13,801 nucleotides of DNA from Planctomycetota bacterium (GTDB taxonomy: Bacteria > Planctomycetota > SZUA-567 > H5-PLA8): assembly GCA_045863855.1 (NCBI GenBank), contig BTVV01000149.1, positions 1 to 13,801 of the forward strand. Reading direction: 5' to 3'. Each line of letters opens with the position of its first letter. The stretch's first letter is position 1. The position numbers were made by a program, and so were the translations under genes. Below are positions 6,088 through 13,801 of this stretch, one piece after another. The notes beneath the pieces were generated by a model. It did no database searches. It was not told where the DNA came from and saw nothing but the letters and a program-made list of their open reading frames with translations.

Positions 6088-8280
6088 ATGTCCGAAGAAG
6101 CTCCGCCGCCGGCTTCCGATCCGGGTTCGAACACCAGTACGCGCCGCTTGGGCCCGCGCTTCGGGCCGGAGGCGCTGGAGACACTGACGCAGCGCGAGGG
6201 GACCGCGCTGGCGGCGCCGACGTGGCGCGGCTGGGTCATCGGGATCGTCTCGGTGGCGGTGCTGTGCAAGGTCGTTCCCGTCACGGATTACGTGCTCAAC
6301 GGAACGCGCTTAACGCTGAACGTGCTTCCGTTTACGTCGATCTTCGCGGTCTTCGCGCTGGTGGCGGTCTACAACTTGGGACTATGGCTGGTGCGCATAC
6401 CGCTGGGGCTGACGCGGCAGGATATCGTGCTGGTGCTGTGCATGACGATGGTGGCCAACCACCTGCCGGGCCATGGGTTTATGTCGTACTTCGCGGCCGA
6501 GACGGCGGGCGTGTTTCAGTTCGCGGGGACGGAGAACGATTGGCAGACGAACCTGTGGCCGAAGATCGACGAGGGGTTGACGCCGCGGGATCCGGTCGAT
6601 CCCAATTCCACGGCGATGCGGCCGGTGGAATCGTTTTGGACCGGCATAAAGGCCGATACGCCCGTGCCTTATGGCTCCTGGGCGGGCCCTTACGCGCGCT
6701 GGGCGCTGGCGATGATGTTGATGTACGGGCTGATGCTGGCGATCTGCGGGCTGCTGCGGCGGCAGTGGTCGGAGCGCGAGAAGCTCCCCTTCCCGCTCGC
6801 GCAAGTCCCTGATGAGATTCTAGATGGATTGGATCGCCGGACGGGCGGCGCGCCTCCTTACTGGAGCGACCGGCTGGCGTGGTGGGGCTTCGGGATTGCG
6901 TTCCTGATGCAGAGCTGGAACGCGCTGCCGGATTACTTTCCGATGTGGCCGGAGCTGCCGCTGAAGAACCTCGACTTTGGCTGGAAGTACCTGACCGAGC
7001 CGCCGTTGAACCACCTAAATCCAGTATGGTTCGTAATTTACCCGTCCGTCATCGCGTTGACGTTCCTGGTCTCGTCGGAGATCAGCTTCTCGCTCTGGTT
7101 CTTCTACTGGGTCCTGAAAGCCGCGGTACTCGTTGCCATTCTTGGGTTTACGTTGGGCGATTCGCACAGCTACTTCATGTGGTCGCCGTACGGGCATAAG
7201 GCGATGTTCATCAATCAGGGCGTGGGGGCGCTGATCGGGATGGTGCTGGCCGGGGTTTGGCTCGCGCGGGGGCCGCTTAAGTTGTCGCTCTGGCAGGCTT
7301 TAGGACTGGAGCCCGGCGGCGGGGAAGCGGGCGAGGAAGGGATCTCGCCGCGGACGTTGTGGAGCTTGCTGGCGATCTGCTTCCTGGGGCTGGTGGGCTG
7401 GCTGCTCTGGGCGAACATCGGGCTGATGTACGCGATCTTCGCGGTGCTGTGCTTGATCATTCTTGTAACCGGCGTGGCTCGCTTGGTTTCCGAAGGCGGC
7501 GTGTTCTATCCGCAGGTGATGTGTTCGCCCCTCGAGCTGACGACGCTGCTGGCGCCGCCGGCGACGATGGGGGCGGCGACGCTGGTGCCGCTGACGATGT
7601 GGAGCCGGCTCGCGGTCTTCGATTTCTACCGCCTGGCGCCGACGGTGCCGCTGATGACGGCGCTGCAAATCGGGATTTTGCAAGGGGTTAAGCGCCGGCC
7701 GTTGTACCTGGGCATCGGCGTGGCGGCGGCGTTGTCGCTGCTGCTGGGCTTCTTCGGGTTCTTCCAGACGGTGTATCGGGCGGAGGGCGGCGCGAGCCAG
7801 GGCGGCTGGGTGCTTAACGACTATCCGGTAGGGGAGTTCCGTAAACTCTCGAACAGCGTGACGGCAATCGAAAGTTACGAAAAGCGTATGTCGGAGTACG
7901 CGGCGCAGGGGAAAGAGATGCCGCGCGGCGAGGTGCCGCAGGTGGCGCTGCGCGATACGAAGGCGTTGATGTGGATCGTCGTCGGCATGGTTATCCTCTT
8001 TGGTATCGTGGTGTTACGTTCGCGGATCTTCTGGTTCCCGCATCCGATCGGGTACGTGGTCTGGGCCGGGCAGCGCGCGATCGGGCTGATGTGGTTCAGC
8101 TTCTTCCTGGGCTGGCTGATCAAAGCCGCCATCGTAAAGTATGGTGGGCTTGCGGTTTACCGGCGCTGGAAGCGCTTCTTCGTGGGCATGATCGTGGGCG
8201 AGGCCGTCTGCGCGCTGCTCTGGATCGCCCTCGCGTGGTACCACAACCTCCGCGGCGGCTATACGATGCACTTCAACTAA
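6088..8280 (+). CDS. Large polytopic membrane protein, DUF6785 + DUF6784 type (putative transporter)
   Basis: 730 aa with many hydrophobic segments. Motifs RRQWSEREKLPFPL, WFPHPIGY, FFLGWLIKAAIVKYGG and FFVGMIVGE are recalled as typical of this family. Confidence 0.8.
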   Translation: MSEEAPPPASDPGSNTSTRRLGPRFGPEALETLTQREGTALAAPTWRGWVIGIVSVAVLCKVVPVTDYVLNGTRLTLNVLPFTSIFAVFALVAVYNLGLWLVRIPLGLTRQDIVLVLCMTMVANHLPGHGFMSYFAAETAGVFQFAGTENDWQTNLWPKIDEGLTPRDPVDPNSTAMRPVESFWTGIKADTPVPYGSWAGPYARWALAMMLMYGLMLAICGLLRRQWSEREKLPFPLAQVPDEILDGLDRRTGGAPPYWSDRLAWWGFGIAFLMQSWNALPDYFPMWPELPLKNLDFGWKYLTEPPLNHLNPVWFVIYPSVIALTFLVSSEISFSLWFFYWVLKAAVLVAILGFTLGDSHSYFMWSPYGHKAMFINQGVGALIGMVLAGVWLARGPLKLSLWQALGLEPGGGEAGEEGISPRTLWSLLAICFLGLVGWLLWANIGLMYAIFAVLCLIILVTGVARLVSEGGVFYPQVMCSPLELTTLLAPPATMGAATLVPLTMWSRLAVFDFYRLAPTVPLMTALQIGILQGVKRRPLYLGIGVAAALSLLLGFFGFFQTVYRAEGGASQGGWVLNDYPVGEFRKLSNSVTAIESYEKRMSEYAAQGKEMPRGEVPQVALRDTKALMWIVVGMVILFGIVVLRSRIFWFPHPIGYVVWAGQRAIGLMWFSFFLGWLIKAAIVKYGGLAVYRRWKRFFVGMIVGEAVCALLWIALAWYHNLRGGYTMHFN

Positions 8281-8923
8281 GTACTTGTCTTGCAGCGACT
8301 TCCAGTGCCGCTGCGGCTTCGTCGAAGGCCACCGGCCGGCCGCATAACGCGGCCAAGGTCGTGACCGGCCGATGCCCCAACCCGCACGGGTCGATGCGCG
8401 CGTAGGGGGCCAAGTCGAGGTCCACGTTCAAGCTTAACCCGTGGTAGGTAATCCACTTACGGCATCCGACGCCGACGGCGCAAACCTTGGCGTCGCCGAC
8501 CCAGACGCCGGTCATGCCGTCCACGCGGCGGCCGTCGAGGTCGAAGTGCCGGAGCGTGCGCAGCGCGATCTCTTCGAGATTCCATAAGTGCTTGTGAATG
8601 GAGAGGTTCCAAGCCTTCAAATGGAGCAGCAGGTAGGCGGTGAGTTGGCCCGGCCCGTGGTAGGTGACGGAGCCGCCGCGGTCGATGCGGACGACCTGCG
8701 CGCCGGAAGCTCGTAAGGTGTTTTCATTTAAGGGGATATGGGACGGCTGGGTCATTCGGCCGAGGGTGTAGACGGGGGCGTGTTCGAGGAGGAGGAGTTC
8801 GGCGTCGGGGCGGTGCGGGTCGCGGAGGCGTTCGATCGCTTCGAGTTGTCGCGCGTAACCCTCGTCGTAGCTGAGGGTTCCGGGGTAGCGAGTGACGCGG
8901 AGGCCGTGCGCGGCGGGGTTCAT
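8273..8923 (-). CDS. lipB: Lipoyl(octanoyl) transferase
   Basis: LLEHAPVYTLG, RGGSVTYHGPGQL, KVCAVG, ITYHGLSLNV and PCGL. Start set at ATG 8923. The 3' end overlaps the convergent gene by 8 bp. Confidence 0.95.
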   Translation of the reverse strand: MNPAAHGLRVTRYPGTLSYDEGYARQLEAIERLRDPHRPDAELLLLEHAPVYTLGRMTQPSHIPLNENTLRASGAQVVRIDRGGSVTYHGPGQLTAYLLLHLKAWNLSIHKHLWNLEEIALRTLRHFDLDGRRVDGMTGVWVGDAKVCAVGVGCRKWITYHGLSLNVDLDLAPYARIDPCGLGHRPVTTLAALCGRPVAFDEAAAALEVAARQVLS

Positions 8924-8929
8924 AGCGGG

Positions 8930-8935
8930 AGTGTA
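8930..8935 (-). promoter_or_regulatory. -10 element (TACACT), likely leaderless lipB transcript
   Basis: Minus strand reads TACACT-cccgct-ATG, with no SD motif. Confidence 0.5.
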
Positions 8936-9019
8936 CCGCAGCCGGGTAGCGGCGTCACGGGGGCGTTGGGTATCACGTGTGCTGCGCGAGGTGAGTACGG
9001 CAAAGCGCATGAGGGTCAG

Positions 9020-9028
9020 TGCTATAAT
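9020..9028 (+). promoter_or_regulatory. Consensus extended -10 element (TGcTATAAT)
   Basis: Perfect TGnTATAAT in GC-rich surroundings, divergent from lipB. Confidence 0.5.
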
Positions 9029-9058
9029 TTGAGCTATATTCGCGCCACATCGTGCGCT

Positions 9059-9120
9059 AAGTGTAAAGCTGTAAAGCGTAAGTGTAAAGTGTAAAGCTAG
9101 CTTTACACTTAAGTTTACAC
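9059..9120. repeat. TGTAAA(G) motif array with perfect 24-bp palindrome
   Basis: Four forward copies (from 9062, 9070, 9083, 9090) and two reverse copies (9101-9107, 9114-9119). AAGTGTAAAGCTAGCTTTACACTT at 9087-9110 is a perfect palindrome. Confidence 0.9.
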
Positions 9121-9364
9121 CTCTTTTTGACGCGCCTCGAGGCGTGTTAAATGGCGCGGGTAGGGTCGAAGGGGCTCGAAAAAGCCACGTCCTTCCGTGG
9201 CCTTTGGCGCTCGGTTTCGCATGAAGCGTATGCCAAGCCGCGGCCGGTTGGGTGACTTCTACCTTGGTCCATGCTAGGCTGGTCCGGAAGCGCGGGGTGT
9301 TGAGGGGAGTCTGCGGGTAGAGCGCAGCGCGTGCGAGTTCGTGCGAGTGGCGGCTTGAGCGCGC

Positions 9365-9415
9365 GCGGTCGGCTGGGGACGGAGCAAGCCGACTACGCTT
9401 GCTCCGCAGCACCCG
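9365..9415. repeat. REP-like hairpin repeat, copy 2
   Basis: Direct copy of 671-722. Contains the hairpin CGGAGCAAGC-cgactac-GCTTGCTCCG and ends in GCACCCG. Confidence 0.85.
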
Positions 9416-9549
9416 CTACCGGCCACCCGCCACTGGCTGCGAACGGTCGCAACGCAGCGGCCCCAGCTCTAAGACAAGTGACCCGTCCAAGATCGGTCTA
9501 CCCGGGCCACCGGCTACTCATTTATCTGTTCAACAAGGAACGCATGTAT

Positions 9550-10308
9550 ATGAGCACTGAACTAAATGCAGATGGGCGACTCCCTTGCCCGCGCTGTGGA
9601 GAATCCATACCCAAAGTAGCCAAGGTTTGCAGATTCTGTAACCATATGCTTGAGGCCGAGAGTTTGGTTCAAGCAGTACCGCAAACTTTATCTCCACCTC
9701 AATTAGGCTCAACAGGGCAAGGAACTGCAGAAGGCGCAGAGATAAAGGCATTGACCGCCTCCCCCTCGGGCGCCAAAGGCAATTCAAAAGCTGAATCAAT
9801 TTGGCGGTACTGGCCGCTCGTGATTACAGGGCTAGTTCTGCTGCTGGCATCGACCAATCGATTTACGCAAGAGGCTACTACTACGAGTTCTTTGACAGAC
9901 CCGAGTCGGCTAAGCCCAGCAAACCAAGAATTGGTAAATACCCTCAAGGTATTGAATGGGCATAAGGCTGCGATTGCCGAATTATCAAATAACGAAGTAC
10001 TGGACCTAACGACAGTGTCGCAAGATCGCCTTGATACATTTATTCGAGCGATGGATGATGTTGTCTCAGGATTCAAGGGTATCAATCGGAAGACATTGGA
10101 ACAAATTCACCCTGAGCTTGTTAGCAAATTTCTGGATCCGTACCTTCAATCCGCAATTGATCTTCGCGATGCCGCAAAACAACGCGATTGGGTTCTCTGG
10201 CACAGAGGAGAGAAAAACTTACTTTCTGCGGGCGAGTGGATAATTAAGAACAAAGAGGCATTCAAGAAGGATGGTGCGAGGGCTGAAAGAGAGGGAACAA
10301 TAGAATAA
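9550..10308 (+). CDS. Hypothetical zinc-ribbon / single-TM protein
   Basis: CPRC-x10-CRFC zinc ribbon, then a linker, a TM segment (YWPLVITGLVLLLA) and a helical C-terminal domain. AAGGA at 9535-9539; start is ATG 9544 or 9550. Lower GC than the core genes. Confidence 0.8.
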   Translation: MSTELNADGRLPCPRCGESIPKVAKVCRFCNHMLEAESLVQAVPQTLSPPQLGSTGQGTAEGAEIKALTASPSGAKGNSKAESIWRYWPLVITGLVLLLASTNRFTQEATTTSSLTDPSRLSPANQELVNTLKVLNGHKAAIAELSNNEVLDLTTVSQDRLDTFIRAMDDVVSGFKGINRKTLEQIHPELVSKFLDPYLQSAIDLRDAAKQRDWVLWHRGEKNLLSAGEWIIKNKEAFKKDGARAEREGTIE

Positions 10309-10383
10309 TAGGGGTAACTACTCGTTTTCTCGTCGTCATTTTTTGGAGGACTCTAAAAATGGTATCTGTCTCTGATTATTCCC
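10303..10383. repeat. ~80-bp palindromic element, copy A
   Basis: Shares GAATAATAGGG, CGTTTTCTCGTCG, CATTT, CTCTAAAA, GTATC-GTC and terminal TCCC in the same order with 10707-10784. Overlaps the stop codon of the upstream gene. Confidence 0.85.
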
Positions 10384-10401
10384 TCGCACCCAATAGGCCC
10401 G

Positions 10402-10611
10402 GTGAAGGAAATGGGTGAGACTAGAAAACCGCATTGGTATCAGTTACGGATGCGCACCCTGCTTGTGATGGTGATTGTCGTGGGGGCCCTACTTGGGGTT
10501 TGCATCCGGAGCATGCCCCAAGACGCTGAGCTTATGGAATTATTGTGCGCCTATTGGTATCTTCCGCTTCTGGGGTTATTCGTACTGTTCTGCATTGCTT
10601 TTTTTTCTTGA
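10402..10611 (+). CDS. Small two-TM membrane protein with planctomycete-like 'WYQLRMRTLL' N-terminus
   Basis: RKPHWYQLRMRTLLVMVIVVGALLG resembles the common planctomycete (F/L)SLRTLL leader (from recall). A second hydrophobic stretch follows. Start is GTG 10402 or ATG 10411. Confidence 0.6.
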   Translation: MKEMGETRKPHWYQLRMRTLLVMVIVVGALLGVCIRSMPQDAELMELLCAYWYLPLLGLFVLFCIAFFS

Positions 10612-10706
10612 GCGACCAACAAAATGACCGTCCTCCGCAAACACTCTTCGTGTGGCGGATCAGGATTGCGGGAGTCGTCGAATAAGCAATAGCGTGTACC
10701 GGCCAA

Positions 10707-10784
10707 GGGAATAATAGGGACAGAGACCCGTTTTCTCGTCGGCATTTGGCGGGCTCTAAAATTGTATCCGTCCCCATTTATCCC
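10707..10784. repeat. ~80-bp palindromic element, copy B
   Basis: Left arm GGGAATAATAGGGACAGAGACCCGTTTT; right arm reverse complement GGGATAAATGGGGACGGATACAATTTT. Direct repeat of 10303-10383. Confidence 0.85.
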
Positions 10785-10811
10785 AGTTATCCGACGGCCA
10801 TCCAGGAAACA

Positions 10812-12773
10812 TCATTGAGGATCACGCGCTTTGGCGGCCAGGATGGTTTCGGCCGGTTCCTGGATGGATTGGCGGCATTGCGTGAGCGCGGAAAGCAATG
10901 CGGTACCGTCGGCGAATCGCTTTTCCGGGTCTTTCGAAAGGCACCGATCCATGAGCGCGGCGGTGCCTTCCGACACGTCCTTGCGAAGCGAAGCAATCGG
11001 CGCATGGGCCTCGTTTCGCGTCGCCATCAAGACTTTCATCAACGTATTCGCGGCGAAAGGCGCTTTGCCCGAGAGCAGCGCGTAAAGGGTCGCGCCCATG
11101 CTGAAAATGTCCGTCGGCTTGCCGCAGTCGGCGGCGTCCAGGGATTGTTCGGGCGACATGAAACCCGGCGTACCCATGCATGCTAACGAGCCGGTCATGG
11201 ACTGGCTGAGGGCCTCGCTGCGCGCCAGCCCCAAGTCGGCCAGCTTGCTGGCCGCGAAATGGAGTTTTCCGCCGTCCTTGGGAATAAGGATATTATCCGG
11301 CTTGACGTCGCGGTGGACGATCCCGGCCGCGTGAGCGGCGGCCAATCCGGCGGTCGCGGCTATGCAAATTTCCAGCGCGAAGGTTTCGGCGAGGCCGACC
11401 TTGCCGAAATCCCGCAGCTCTTTCAAATACGACCCGGCGGATACCCCTGGCACGAATTCCATGACGAGGTAGAAGAGGCCCAACTCTTCGTTGACGTCGG
11501 TGACTCCGACGAGGTGCGGAGACTGCACGCTGGCGGCCAATTGCGCTTCGCGAAAAAACCGAGCGACCAAATCCGGCTGCTGTTGCGCAAGGTGAGCGGG
11601 CAAGACTTTAACGGCGACTTCCTTGTTCAAGCGAGGATGGATGCCCAGGTAAACCACCCCCATGCCGCCTTGGCCCAGTTTGGCCAATAGCGGAATTCCG
11701 CCCAACGCGGGCCGCAGTTGCCCCTCGGATTCTATGCGCGGCGCGTGGGCAATGAGCGCATCGCGCGACAAGTCCTGAAGCGGCAAGGTGGATTTCCGGC
11801 TCCCGTCGAGCCCCCTCACGCTCGCAGTCGGCGCGCCGATGCGGCCGGCTTTGGTTTCTGCGTCCGCGATCTTCATCTGTAAAGCGGTCGTATCCATCCC
11901 TTGATCGAACCCCTCGCCGCCTTCGGGTCGACGATACTTGCGCGCCTCCTTCGCGTGGGCCGCGGCCCGCGTCAGTTTTGCCGCGCGGTCGCGAGGCTCC
12001 GGGGCGACCATCGCTTCTTCGTAGAAATCGATCGCCAGCAAATGGTGAATCCACGCCGTCCTTTGTACGCAGAATCCCTTGGGCCTCTCGTAGCAGATTT
12101 CGGACCCCATTCCGCCGCCCGTCTCTGACTCCGGCAGTGCCGCGGCCAATTCCAAATATCGGAGGAAGTCTTGCTGGTATTCGTACAGCAGTTCGAATGG
12201 GCCGGAGGATGCCTTGAGCCCGCCTTTGGAGGTAAAGCGGGCGGGGTTGCCGATGCGCTTGATTTCCCCTTTATAGTACCAGACATGACCGTTGTTCTCG
12301 TCCAGCGCTCGCAGCGCCTCGATGGTCGCTTCGGCTTTGGTGAAATCGGCCTGCCCGGTTTTGGCGAAGGCCTCGCGCGCCCGCCCGAATTCTTGCCTCA
12401 ATTGGCGGGCCAGCATTTGCAGGTGCTTGCTGGGGTCGCTATTGGGCGAGGGCGAAACGGCAGCGGCTTCCTTTTGAGGATGCTCCATTCGCTTGCCAGG
12501 CAGTGCCGCAAGCCATTCCAGCCGCTGCCGAACGGCCGCATCGAAGTCCTTCCATGATTCGGGGAAGTCTCTGCGACACTTTCCCGAAGGCGTCGTGCAC
12601 GCCCCTAGCGAGAGCCAATGGGTGGAAAGCCCCGATCGCGGTGAAACCGACTCAAGCCATTGCCCCGCTTCCAAAACCCATCGGCTCAGGCCGAGATTCG
12701 CTTCGATTGGATCGTCCGTGAGCAAAAGCCGAGCGCCGGTCTCCGAAAACGCATGGAGGAGTCCCAAATCCAT
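10812..12773 (-). CDS. Hanks-type Ser/Thr protein kinase with uncharacterised N-terminal region
   Basis: C-terminal kinase motifs LGQGGMGVVY, VAVK, RFFRE, HRDVKPDN, KLADLGLA, GTPGFMSPEQ and DIFSMG. GAGGG RBS. The N-terminal ~350 aa are unrecognised, with a TPR-like stretch. Confidence 0.9.
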   Translation of the reverse strand: MDLGLLHAFSETGARLLLTDDPIEANLGLSRWVLEAGQWLESVSPRSGLSTHWLSLGACTTPSGKCRRDFPESWKDFDAAVRQRLEWLAALPGKRMEHPQKEAAAVSPSPNSDPSKHLQMLARQLRQEFGRAREAFAKTGQADFTKAEATIEALRALDENNGHVWYYKGEIKRIGNPARFTSKGGLKASSGPFELLYEYQQDFLRYLELAAALPESETGGGMGSEICYERPKGFCVQRTAWIHHLLAIDFYEEAMVAPEPRDRAAKLTRAAAHAKEARKYRRPEGGEGFDQGMDTTALQMKIADAETKAGRIGAPTASVRGLDGSRKSTLPLQDLSRDALIAHAPRIESEGQLRPALGGIPLLAKLGQGGMGVVYLGIHPRLNKEVAVKVLPAHLAQQQPDLVARFFREAQLAASVQSPHLVGVTDVNEELGLFYLVMEFVPGVSAGSYLKELRDFGKVGLAETFALEICIAATAGLAAAHAAGIVHRDVKPDNILIPKDGGKLHFAASKLADLGLARSEALSQSMTGSLACMGTPGFMSPEQSLDAADCGKPTDIFSMGATLYALLSGKAPFAANTLMKVLMATRNEAHAPIASLRKDVSEGTAALMDRCLSKDPEKRFADGTALLSALTQCRQSIQEPAETILAAKARDPQ

Positions 12774-13061
12774 AGGTCATCCCTCGGATGAGTGACTGCT
12801 TTTACCACATTCGCGCGGCAATCCTAAGGGCGCATTTAGGTTGTCCTTTCAGGACCAACGATGTGGATGGGCTTGTAGCCCAGGGCGGCTGACCCCTACA
12901 AGCCGCAGGCTGAGGTGGACGCCGCAGGCACAGGAGTAAACCGTTCTCTCCAAACGATCGGAGAGGGACTAAGCGCACGGGCGGGCGTTCATCGCGTCCC
13001 CGCGGGAGGCCAACGGCTTGGGGCGCTATGGGCCGAGCGCGCTGGGACGCGGGCGGTGCGC

Positions 13062-13801
13062 TTATCGGAAGCTGCCGGTCTTGCCGGCGCGGGCGGTGTA
13101 GAGGACGGGGTCGGCGGATTCGAAGACGAGGGCGTCCACTTTCAGGCGCACGCGGATCGCGAGCGGAAGGCGCCGGGCGTCGGCGTTCGTCACGCCTTCG
13201 TCTTTCCAGGCGGCGGCGAAGTCGCCGCCTTTGAGAGTGGCGACGAAGCGGGCCGGACCGGGGCGGCGCGGCACGATCACGCGCAGCGTATGCAGGCCGA
13301 CCGTCACGCTGCCGCGGTCGTCGAGGATGCCGGCGACCCGCACGCCGCCGACGTCGAGTTCCACGCGCGCGCCCGCCGCGGTGCGGCCTTCGGGCCAGGC
13401 GATGTAGCCCGAGACCGAACACGCATCGCGCCCGGCGGCGGCAAAATTCACGCGGCCGGAGAGTTTCAGCTTTTCGACCGGGGCCTGGGCGACGGAGACG
13501 GCGAGGGTGCGCGAGACGCTGCCGCCGCGCCCGTCGGAGATCGTGACTTTGGCGCTGAAGGTTCCGGCCGCGGCGTAGGCGTGCGCGACCGACGATCCGG
13601 AAGCGCTGGCGCCGTCGCCGAAGGTCCAGGCGTAGGTGAGCGCGTCGCCGTCGGGGTCGGCGGCGAGCGCGGTGAAGCTGACGCTTTGCGCGAGGGCGGC
13701 CGGGTTGGGCGCGGCGAAGGGGTCCGATTCGACGACCGGCGCGGTATTGGGCACCGGCGCGGCGTTGACCGTCACGGTGACGGTGTCGCTCGCGGAGAGC
13801 G
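13062..13801 (-). CDS. PKD-domain-containing protein, 5'-partial (runs off the window)
   Basis: DPDGDALTYAWTFGDG...HAYAAAGTFSAKVTISDGRGG. The frame stays open to the window edge (LSASDTVTVTVN...), so the GTG at 13775 is not the true start. Confidence 0.9.
   Translation of the reverse strand, partial: LSASDTVTVTVNAAPVPNTAPVVESDPFAAPNPAALAQSVSFTALAADPDGDALTYAWTFGDGASASGSSVAHAYAAAGTFSAKVTISDGRGGSVSRTLAVSVAQAPVEKLKLSGRVNFAAAGRDACSVSGYIAWPEGRTAAGARVELDVGGVRVAGILDDRGSVTVGLHTLRVIVPRRPGPARFVATLKGGDFAAAWKDEGVTNADARRLPLAIRVRLKVDALVFESADPVLYTARAGKTGSFR

Noticed and set aside
8924..9543. N-terminal extensions of lipB (to 9412) and of the zinc-ribbon ORF (from 9331)
   Set aside because: They run through repeats and promoter-like DNA, and better starts exist at 8923 and 9544/9550. 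The same applies to kdsB (825) and the AraC gene (4433).
10599..10606. T8 run near the end of the small membrane gene as a phase-variation switch
   Set aside because: It is explained by Phe codons, and the shifted frames add only short tails with no recognisable domain.
10303..10784. Repeats A and B as CRISPR or canonical attC
   Set aside because: Only two degenerate ~80-bp copies with a gene between them, no cas or intI gene, and no RYYYAAC/GTTRRRY ends.
12841..12970. Short hairpins between the kinase and PKD genes (GTCCTTTCAGGAC; TGTAG...CTACA; TCTCTCC...GGAGAGG)
   Set aside because: Possibly degenerate REP or terminator remnants, but there is no second copy in the window and no clear U-tract.

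Overview
GC-rich bacterial window, probably Planctomycetota (inferred from a DUF6785/DUF6784-type membrane protein, an 'RxxWYQLRMRTLL'-type small membrane protein, and the style of the intergenic repeats). The core block (about 966-8923) holds kdsB-pyrG, a PhyH/EctD-like dioxygenase divergent from an AraC regulator, an SRPBCC protein, the DUF6785/6784 protein and lipB. AT-richer accessory DNA flanks it at 1-257 and about 9500-10790, followed by a Ser/Thr kinase and the 3' part of a PKD-domain gene. Four structures are not explained by the genes. (1) An inverted, 85%-identical, mostly synonymously diverged copy of the last 42 codons of pyrG (262-387) abuts a REPIN-like element (388-672). (2) A 52-bp REP-like repeat occurs near both edges of the core block. 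(3) Two ~80-bp palindromic direct repeats sit after accessory genes, like a non-attC cassette array. (4) A six-copy TGTAAA array with a perfect 24-bp palindrome lies behind an orphan extended -10 promoter. No transposase or recombinase is encoded in the window. All family assignments come from motif recognition, not database searches.
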